Source of the DNA: a virus
Direction: 5' to 3' (one strand)
DNA: 64,000 nt
Virus record (IMG/VR): IMGVR_UViG_3300036884_000495
Span: 53,625 to 117,624 of that record
The notes beneath the pieces are model-generated. The model worked only from the letters and a program-made list of their open reading frames with translations. It was not told where the DNA came from and ran no database searches. Position numbers and translations under genes: made by a program. Below are positions 17,300-26,200 of this stretch, in pieces. Numbering within the stretch: position 1 is the stretch's first letter; every line of letters begins with the position of its first letter.

Positions 17300-18525
17300 G
17301 CCACGAACCTTGTCATCTTCATTACGTTTAGCTTGGCGCAGATATCCATGCAGAGTTCTTCTACTCGGCTATCTGGGTGCTGCAGGTTGAAGCCCGCATA
17401 CAGGAGCGTCTTCAGCGGTTTCATTGCGATGTCGGCATAGCCGACGTTCACCACGCGCAGGAGCAGTTCATAGCAGCGGATAGCGAGGTCAAGCCGTTCT
17501 TGTTCTGGAGCTTGCGTGGCATAGGTTGCGCACGAGGGTAGAACAACGTGCAAGATATCCAGCTGCTTGGGGATAGGCCATTCTGTCGCGTGAAGGACGT
17601 CGCGAGGATGCGGCAGGTTGAACTTCTTGACGAAGGTTGCCCACTCTGCGGCGATGCCCTTACCTACAAGGCCCGCCACAACGTCTGTTTGTACGGTTTG
17701 ATCGAAGCCTAGGCAACGGGCGGTAGTGACGCCGTTGATAGCTTGGTGCCAGGTGCGTGGAGAGGGCCACGCCTTCGATGCGCGCGGGTCGCCGGATTCC
17801 GGCTGATCGAAGAACTTCGAGTGCGTCTGCTCCTTTCCATCCTCGTCTTTTTCGATGATGACCCCACCCGCCGCCTCGAGGAACATACCCGTCAGCGCTA
17901 GTACGGCGCCATAGTGTGCACGCCATTGATCCTTAACGATACTTTCTGCATCGAGTGCGTTTGGCACGCCGGGGTCATCGAGATCTGCCATGTACTCCAT
18001 CCACTGCCGCAACGTGGGCGGCGGGTAGTCGAAGTGGCACACGCGGTTTGCCATGGGCGTCTCGAGGTCGCGACCATTGGCGGCAACATCAGCCGGGTTC
18101 ATTGCGAGGATGATGCGTACGCCAGGAGGAAGAACGTACTCACCGATGGTGCGTTCATTCACGAACGATAATAAAGCCGCCTGGGTGGCAGGCGACGCAG
18201 AAGAGATTTCATCCAAGTAGAGGACAGACTTCTCGGCATCGATGGCGGAGCGTACTTGCTGTAGCGCGCACTCGAGTGAGAAGCCGTTTGGACCCATCAC
18301 AGGGAAGCCACCAATATGCTCGGGCGCTTTGGTAGCTACGAAAATAGGGAAGATAGGCAGCCCCATCAGCCTACTTAGCTGGCGAATACGTGCGCTCTTT
18401 GCGATACCAGACCCTCCGATGACATTGAGGTTGATGCCCCAAGGGGTGGGCTGCATAGGGGCGCCAGGGCCATTGCCCAGAGGCGTGCTCAGACAAACGA
18501 CGGCTATTGATTCGAAACGATCCAT
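17296..18525 (-). CDS. MoxR-like AAA+ ATPase
   Basis: Walker A GGSGIAKS, Walker B LYLDEIS, sensor AMNP, Arg finger PMANR, PSPRTW. Confidence 0.85.
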   Translation of the reverse strand: MDRFESIAVVCLSTPLGNGPGAPMQPTPWGINLNVIGGSGIAKSARIRQLSRLMGLPIFPIFVATKAPEHIGGFPVMGPNGFSLECALQQVRSAIDAEKSVLYLDEISSASPATQAALLSFVNERTIGEYVLPPGVRIILAMNPADVAANGRDLETPMANRVCHFDYPPPTLRQWMEYMADLDDPGVPNALDAESIVKDQWRAHYGAVLALTGMFLEAAGGVIIEKDEDGKEQTHSKFFDQPESGDPRASKAWPSPRTWHQAINGVTTARCLGFDQTVQTDVVAGLVGKGIAAEWATFVKKFNLPHPRDVLHATEWPIPKQLDILHVVLPSCATYATQAPEQERLDLAIRCYELLLRVVNVGYADIAMKPLKTLLYAGFNLQHPDSRVEELCMDICAKLNVMKMTRFVA

Positions 18526-18527
18526 AA

Positions 18528-18812
18528 CTACTTTCCTTCAGCAAAAGCACGGACCTCAGCGCAATGTTCTGCACTGAGAGCCGTGACAACACGCCCATCT
18601 TTTATGAGCAGGTAGCCCTCTTTCCCACCCAGGGAAAAGGGTACGTGTAAGCCGCCGGGTGCGTGCACCGCGGTGTGCGCCTGTTCAGCGGCTTCGATAG
18701 CCATAGCTATTTGTTCGACAAGCGCCCTCTCGCCAAGTGAAGAAGCGCCTGGCCAGCGCTCCTTCACTCGCGAGAGTGTGTGTGGGGTGACGTAGTGTTT
18801 ACCCAGACCCAT
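18528..18812 (-). CDS. Hypothetical protein (94 aa)
   Basis: GAGGA upstream of ATG 18812; H-x-x-x-R-x-x-ER N-terminal motif and VVT C-terminal strand. Confidence 0.6.
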   Translation of the reverse strand: MGLGKHYVTPHTLSRVKERWPGASSLGERALVEQIAMAIEAAEQAHTAVHAPGGLHVPFSLGGKEGYLLIKDGRVVTALSAEHCAEVRAFAEGK

Positions 18813-19320
18813 GCCCGTCCTCAAGATGCTGCCAAGTAATCTTCTCAATGAGATGGTCTGTGATTACGTGTGTACACTCCATGCAGTACATGCCTACAGG
18901 CGTGCCACGGATTGGGTCCCACTCTAGGGCCGGAGCACCACTGGGCGCTCTGTCCGAGAGAACAAGTACGCCTTGTTCGGCGGTGCTGACGCATTCCTCA
19001 TAGTCAATAGGCGCTCTGCAGACGTCGCAGTACGCGACACACGCGGCCCCGCCTTCTACGAAAGGCACGTCCTTCTGCTCCCGTGCGTCCCGCAGGTCTC
19101 TCTCCGCGTCCTCCCAGCACTGTTCATGGATCCAGTGGGGTGCCCACAAACGCACCCCTTTGCTGGTCAGGATATCGTTCAGAATGAGCACGCCGTCATA
19201 CCTTGTGGCTTCCTTTATCTGGTAAATCACAAGAGGCACGTGTCCGCACAAGATCTCCTCACAGCGCACGCACTGGAGGCTGTTGCCGTAAATAGCCCGA
19301 GTAACTAACGCCTCCTGCAC
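18799..19320 (-). CDS. Cys-rich hypothetical protein (putative Zn-binding)
   Basis: CVRC, HEQC, CDVC, CMEC pairs; start uncertain (GTG overlapping the upstream stop). Confidence 0.65.
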   Translation of the reverse strand: MQEALVTRAIYGNSLQCVRCEEILCGHVPLVIYQIKEATRYDGVLILNDILTSKGVRLWAPHWIHEQCWEDAERDLRDAREQKDVPFVEGGAACVAYCDVCRAPIDYEECVSTAEQGVLVLSDRAPSGAPALEWDPIRGTPVGMYCMECTHVITDHLIEKITWQHLEDGHGSG

Positions 19321-19919
19321 TAGTTCGGATAGCCGACTTGTGGTAGTTGTTCCCAATCGATTTGCTCCTTGTGGTACTGCGACCACCGTCTGCACATTGT
19401 TGTAAAGCGCGAGTCTGGTCCGAGCCGTGTCTCCGGCGCGACGTCCTCCACCATCTTTTCTAGAAGCAGGAAGTCCCTGCCGTCCGTGTGTACGTAGCGC
19501 GGGATATCCAACGGAGGTAACGGGTTGTACCAGTACCACCCGTTGTCCGCCCACCGGTAGGTAAGCTCCCGCAGATACAAGTCGTCTTCCAGGTCTTCCT
19601 CATCGACACGTAGTCCTTCCCAGCCAGCGTTGTAATCCCCTATCTCTGGGTAAGATTTCATCGTCGGTTCGTGAAGCGCGCCAGGCTTCACTTGTCCGCG
19701 CAGCAGATCAAAGTCGCGGGTGCTCAGAAAGGTCACGACGCCGCGGTCGTCGAAAGCTCGAAGGCGTATAGACTGTGTGTCTTTCGTGGGGCACAGTTCG
19801 TAGTTCACCTTCCAGATACGGTTCTTCTTTATGGGATCGGGGAACACTTTACCCACGTACCCAGACGCGTAGAGGAGCATCCGCGTTCCCGGATGCACCT
19901 CGAGATTACCGAGTGCCAT
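19320..19919 (-). CDS. Hypothetical protein (199 aa)
   Basis: ATG 19919 with AGGGGG upstream; operon-like packing. Confidence 0.65.
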   Translation of the reverse strand: MALGNLEVHPGTRMLLYASGYVGKVFPDPIKKNRIWKVNYELCPTKDTQSIRLRAFDDRGVVTFLSTRDFDLLRGQVKPGALHEPTMKSYPEIGDYNAGWEGLRVDEEDLEDDLYLRELTYRWADNGWYWYNPLPPLDIPRYVHTDGRDFLLLEKMVEDVAPETRLGPDSRFTTMCRRWSQYHKEQIDWEQLPQVGYPN

Positions 19920-20016
19920 GGGCGGCCCCCTGTGGTGAAGAGCGTACGTAGTCCATGCACCACCAGGCGATTCCCTGGAGCACACCGACTACGAGCCCGA
20001 TTAGGAAGAAGCTCAC
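19906..20016 (-). CDS. Small membrane protein (36 aa), not in the ORF track
   Basis: MSFFLIGLVVGVLQGIAWWCMDYVRSSPQGAAHGTR; GTGA overlap with upstream ORF and GAGGAG upstream. Confidence 0.5.
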   Translation of the reverse strand: MSFFLIGLVVGVLQGIAWWCMDYVRSSPQGAAHGTR

Positions 20017-20123
20017 TGCTTCTCGGTCTCCTCGTCCTGCTCTTGCGGCGAAGGCTCGTCCTGTGTGGCATCTGCATCGAATGTCATGTACAAGTCTGCT
20101 ACGGCATCTGCGAACGTGGGCAT
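20013..20123 (-). CDS. Small acidic protein (36 aa), not in the ORF track
   Basis: MPTFADAVADLYMTFDADATQDEPSPQEQDEETEKQ with AGGAG 6 nt upstream. Confidence 0.55.
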   Translation of the reverse strand: MPTFADAVADLYMTFDADATQDEPSPQEQDEETEKQ

Positions 20124-20161
20124 TGTGTTCTCCTGTGGAATAGATTGCGTGTGGTGTCCGT

Positions 20162-20176
20162 CATTATTGTTATGCC
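20162..20176 (-). promoter_or_regulatory. Candidate phage promoter element GGCATAACAATAATG
   Basis: Second copy of the motif at 4449..4463, in an equivalent position. Confidence 0.4.
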
Positions 20177-20229
20177 TGCTACGTGGTCTTTCTTGTAGAT
20201 AGAACCCTATCGAGGTACGCTATGCAGAC

Positions 20230-23200
20230 ATGGCCTATCTGGACCCAAAGCAGGCGTTTGCGGATCTGAAGACTAACGTTCTTGAGGGGCTCGAGGCACA
20301 CTTCCCGATTACCGGTACGAAGCAGAGCGTGCACCTCGAGGGGCTTGATGTGCGCGAGAACAAGCACGATGTGGGCGACCTGCAGGCGCAGCACCAGACG
20401 AAACTTGACGGGGGTTCGTGGGGCGCTCCGGTGTACGGCACGCTGGCCCTGAAGAACAACGAGACGGGGGCCGTCATAGATCGCAAGACGATCAAGTTGG
20501 CTGACCTGCCGCAGATGACGCAACGACACAGCTATATCGTGGACGGGCAGGAGTACCAAGTCGACAGCCAGTGGCGCCTGAAGCAGGGTGCGTATACCCG
20601 CCGGCGAGATAATGGGCAGTTGGAGACGCAGTTCAACACCCTTGGCAAGAAGGGATTCGACATCACGTTCAACCCAGAGAACAAAGTGTTCTCCATGACC
20701 CGGGGGTCTTCTGAGAACATCCCGGTGTACACGCTAATGAAACACCTTGGGGTAGACGACACCTCCTTGGAGAAGTCCTGGGGCAAGGACATACTCGATG
20801 CGAATAAGAGCGCACGCGGCGTGAACACGGCCCTCGATCGCTTCTACAAGGCGGATAAGAAGAGGGCGCCCGCGACGCCAGACGAAGCAAAGCAGCACTT
20901 CATCGACTCCATGCTGGGGGCAAAGCTGCGCCCGGACTCCACAGAGATCACGCTAGGAAAGCCGTATACGCACGTGAACGGGGACGTGTTCCATGCCGCT
21001 ACGACGAAGATGATCGGCGTGCAGCGCGGCGACATCCCAGAGGACCAGCGAGACAGCTTGGTGTTCAAAGACCTGCGCACGGTGGCTGACATCGCGAAGG
21101 ATCAACTGACAAACTTCAATACGGTGTCCGCGATGAAGAAGCGCGTAGGGCGCAAGATCAATACGGCGACGAGCGTCCGCGAAGTCGTGCGCAGTGACAT
21201 GCTCTCGGCACCTGTTCGGTCCGCCTTCACGGGCAACTCCCTCTCACGCGTCGCAGACCAAGTGAATCCCGTGGAGATGATCACCTCCAGCTTCCAGACC
21301 ACCATCACAGGCCCCGGCGGCATTCAAAGCGACCATCAGATCAGCGAGACGGCAAAGTTGATCTCACCCAGCCACATCGGGTTTCTTGACCCTGCCCACA
21401 CCCCGGAAGGGTGCTTCGATGAGTGTACGGAGGTTTTCACGTCTAGTGGCTGGGTGCCCTGGCCCTCGGTTACGCAAGCTACGTACTTCGCCTGTCTCGT
21501 AGATGATCGCTTGGAATTCCACCTCTCGTCGGAACTACAGGACTACGAATACTCCGGCAGGATGTACGGTTTACGTAAACCGGGCTTTGAGTACCTTGTG
21601 ACGCCTAACCATCGTATGCTTTGCAGGCCCTTGGATGACGGCACTGTTTACCGTGTCGTGCGCGCTGACGAGATGCATGAAAAACCACGCTTCTTCAAAG
21701 CAGGACATGAGCCGTACGTTGGGCAGAATGCTGCGCGCTACGCGCTGCCATACGTGCCCGGTAATAACAGCAGCAAGAATGTAGCGGACGTCGACTTCGG
21801 GGACTGGGCCGAGTTCGTAGGGTGGTTTTTGTCAGAAGGCAGCTGTCGCTACGAGGAGAGCAGCAGTGCGTATATGATAAAAGTGTTTCAGAGCGAGATC
21901 AACACCGCTTGCTGCCGTCGTATTGAGGCCCTGTTAGACCGCCTAGGCTTTACGTGGTGCCTGTCTGAAAGAGAACACGGACGAAACGTCTACACGGTCG
22001 CCACTAAGCAACTCGCATGGTACATGCGGCAGCTGGGTACAGGCCCCTTCGACAAGCATATGCTTCCAGAGATGCATGACTGGCCGGTGCACGCGCGCTA
22101 CCGCTTGATGGAGTCGCTGATGCTCGGCGATGGCCGTCTAAACCACACGCATAAAAAGGCTAAGCAGCAAGGCTACGCGTACACCACAACGAGCCCCGCA
22201 CTCGCCCTAGACGTCGAGCGTGTGATCATATCGTTAGGCTGGGCGGCGCACATTTGTCGCTATGAAGACAAGCGCGAAGAACGCTACAAGGACGTTTACG
22301 AGGTACGGCTTCTTCTACATAAGGAGTCGTCAACAAGAATGAGCTCGAGACGTCGTGGGGAGTGCCCCTATTACACGCTCGATTACAGCGGACGGGTGTA
22401 CTGCGCCACGGTACCTGGGTCGTTTTTGTACGTGCGTAGAAACGGCAAGCACCCCATCTGGCTCGGCAACAGTAAGACGGGAGTAACCTCCCATTTACCG
22501 CTATTCGTGACTAAAGAGGGGAACAGGCCAATGATTCCTGTCTTCAACCTCAAGACGCAGCAGATGGATCGCATCGACCCTGTGACCTTCCACAACTCGA
22601 AGGTGGTGATGCCTGACCAGGTAACTTGGGACAAGAACAAGCCTACGGCGGTGGCGAATACGATTACCATCTCAAGCAAGGGCAATGAGCTGGCCGACGG
22701 TACGCTAAAGGGGTCGGACTACGTGATGCGCCACCCCAGTCAGCTATTCAGCCTGACCACAAACCTAATCCCCTTCTTGAACAACAACTCGGGCAACCGC
22801 GTAAGCTACGCAACCCACCACATCGAACAGGCGATCAGCCTTCACGATCGCGATGCGCCGCTTGTGCAGGTGGGCACGGGCCGCCAAGACGGCATCAAGA
22901 CCTTCGAGGATCTTGTGGGCAGGCAGTCTGCGCACACCTCGCCTACCGCCGGCACAGTCACCGCCATCACCGCCAACCACATCATGGTGACGGGTAAGGA
23001 TGGCGAGAAGAAGATAGGCATCTACAACAACTTCCCCCTCAACGACCCGAAGTCGGTGCTTCACAGCACGCCGGTGGTGAAGGTGGGCGACCAAGTAACC
23101 GCAGGGCAGCTCGTCGCCGATAACAACTTCACGCGCAATGGCACTCTCGCTCTAGGGAAAAACTTGCGTGTCGCCTTTGTTCCGTTGAAGGGCTACAACT

Positions 23201-26200
23201 TCGAAGACGGCGTTGTTATCAGCGAGACCGGCGCGCAGAAGATGTCGAGCGAGCATATGCACAAGCCCTCCACTATCCTTGGCCCTGGCACCATCACAGG
23301 CCTGGATAAGTACAAGGCGCTGCACCCTACCGGCTTCGAGAGGGATCAACTCGCGAAGCTAGGGGACGACGGTATCGTGCGCATTGGGCAGATCGTACAA
23401 CCCGGGGATCCGCTCGTTGTGGCGTCGAAGCCGTATGAGTCCAAGGGGTCGATGTCCCTCTCCAGGATCCGCAAGAGTCTCAGCGCGCAGAACATGGATG
23501 CCAGCTTAGCGTGGAAGACCGACCACCCCGGCGAGGTGGTAGGCGTGCATCAGGATGACAAGGGCAACGTCACGGTCCACGTGAAGACGATTGAACCGAT
23601 GCAGGTTGGGGACAAGATTGCAGGCAGGTACGGCAACAAAGGTATTATTACTGCCGTGGTACCAGACCATGAGATGCCGCATACAATCGATGACAAGGGC
23701 GTGAAGTCCCCGATTGAAATGGCGCTCAATCCCTGTTACGACGACCAGACAGAATTTCTGACGAAGCGTGGGTGGGTGCTGGGTAAAGACCTGCAAGACC
23801 ATGACTTCCTGGGTACTGTGAACCCGCAGACTTTCTGCTTGGAGTACCAGCGCCCCGTAGAAGGCATCTCTAGGCAGCAGTACAAGGGAAAAATGTACTT
23901 CTTGCAGAACAGGGAGCTGGAGCTGTGTGTGACGCCTAACCACAGGAACTTTGTGGCGACACGTTGTACCGACGCTCTTGGCGTCCTTGACCTCGAGTAC
24001 CTGCCGGAGGGTTTATTTAGACTAGAAGAAGCCCGTAGTCATTTCGGGAGAGCACGCAGATTCCTAAAGACCGCACGTTGGGCGGGTGTGGACCCCGGCG
24101 TTATTGTAATTCGCGCTGGCACTCAACGACTCACCGGCCCGAAGCAGAGTAGCCTTACTATTGCATCCGCAGACTTCGCGGAATTTATGGGTTGGTACAT
24201 CTCTGAGGGTTATTGCTCATACAACAAAGCTTCAGGGGCATACGGAATCAATATATGTCAGGCACGCGCGGCCAACCCTAAGAAGCACGCAAAGATCGAG
24301 GGACTGCTTATGCGTCTTGGGCTGGCGTATACGGTCCGCGATACCGAGTTCCAGGTAAGGCACAAGGGGTTGTACGAATACCTTAGGCCGCTAGGTCTGT
24401 GCGCAGATAAGTACATTCCTGAGGATATACAGCAGCTACCCCCTGCGCTTCTGCGCATCTTCTTGGATACGTACCTAGCTGGCGACGGGAATACTAGGTA
24501 TGAACCGGCACGTGGGCACTACAACACACGACGGTTCACAACAACGTCGTCTCGTCTTGTAGACGACCTGCAGATTGTGGCGCTAAAACTGGGCTTAGTA
24601 GTAAACAAGCACAAGCCTACAACCAGGAAGAACAAGCCGGGTGCTCCCTGTTTCGATAGTGCAGTAGGTTCTAGGAACAAAGCGCCCTGGGCTAATTGGT
24701 CGGAGGATACGAAGGAGAACCAAGTAGAGGCGTGGGTCGACTACTCTGGCGTTGTCTACTGCGCGGAGGTTCCAAACCACACGCTTGTTACACGTCGTGG
24801 GGGCACTGTAGTTGTATCTGGCAACTGTGGGATTCCAGGCCGAATGAATATGGGGCAGGTGCTGGAAACAGCCGCCGCCAAGATCGCCCATAAGACTGGG
24901 CAGACTTACATCGTGAACAACTTCGAGCACGGTGTGGATGCCTTGGACAAGGTCAAGAAAGAACTCAAGGCGCACGGCCTGTCTGACACCGAGGTATTGC
25001 ACGATCCCATGAGCGGACAAGAGCTCGGACCCGCACTGGTGGGCATGCAGCACATACTCAAACTGAACTTCCAGATCGACAAGAAGGTTTCCACGCGTTC
25101 GGGCATGCCACTTGATGGTGCCGAGGCGGAGCACTACGACGCGGATACGCTCATTCCTTCTGGCGGCGGCAAGACCGGCGGGCAGTCCATGGGTAACCTT
25201 GGGATGTATTCGATGCTGGCACATGGGGCGACCGCGAACATCCGCGAGATGCAGACGTGGAAGTCAGAAGGTGCCGATCGCAAAGAGCGCTGGGACTCTC
25301 CCCACCACGAAATCTGGAACGCGATTCAGAACGGGGACATCCCCCCTCCGCCTAAGAAGACCTTCGCCTTTCAGAAGTTCGAGGACACGCTACGCGCCGC
25401 GGGTATCGACGTGCAGAAGAAGGGGCACCAGATGCTCCTCACGCCTCTTACCAACCAGCAGGTTCTGAAGATGTCCAAAGGGGAGCTTCCCGAACCCGGG
25501 TATGTGACCTTTGCGAAGCCCGATGCCAATGGCGAACCCACTACACGTAAGGGTGGCTTGTTCGACCCTGTCCTCACTGGCGGGCACGGCGGAAAGAACT
25601 GGACGCACATCGCGCTCCCAGAACCCGTCCCGAACCCCGTGTTCGAGAATGCCATCCAGCGCATCACAGGGCTGACGAAGAAAGAGTACACCGACGTCAC
25701 CACCGGCGAGAAGGCTATCAGCAAGGACACTGGCAAGATCGTTCCCCTTGGCACCAAGAATGCCATCGCAGGCGGTGCAGGTATCGCGCACATCCTCGGG
25801 CAGATGGATGTGAAGGAGGAACTCGCGAAGGCGCAGAAGTCTCTCGATTCGTACAACATCCCTGACAACATCGCCCATAGAGAGGGCACGCAGGAGATCG
25901 ATAAGCGCTCGAAGAAGGTTCGCTACCTGACCGCACTCGACAACGCCGGCATCCATCCGAAGGACGCTTACGTGCTGACGAACCTGCCGGTCATTCCGCC
26001 GTTGATGCGCCCCTCATCATTCCTTCCAAGTGGAGACGTCAATCACGCGGACGTCAACCAACTCTACGCGGCGATCGGTGACATCTCCGGGGCGATGAAG
26101 GACAAGAACTACAAGTTCCTGAGTGACCACGACAAGAAGATAGACCGCGCCAACATGTACGACGGCGTGAAGGCGCTCATGGGCGTGGGTGAGAACTGGG

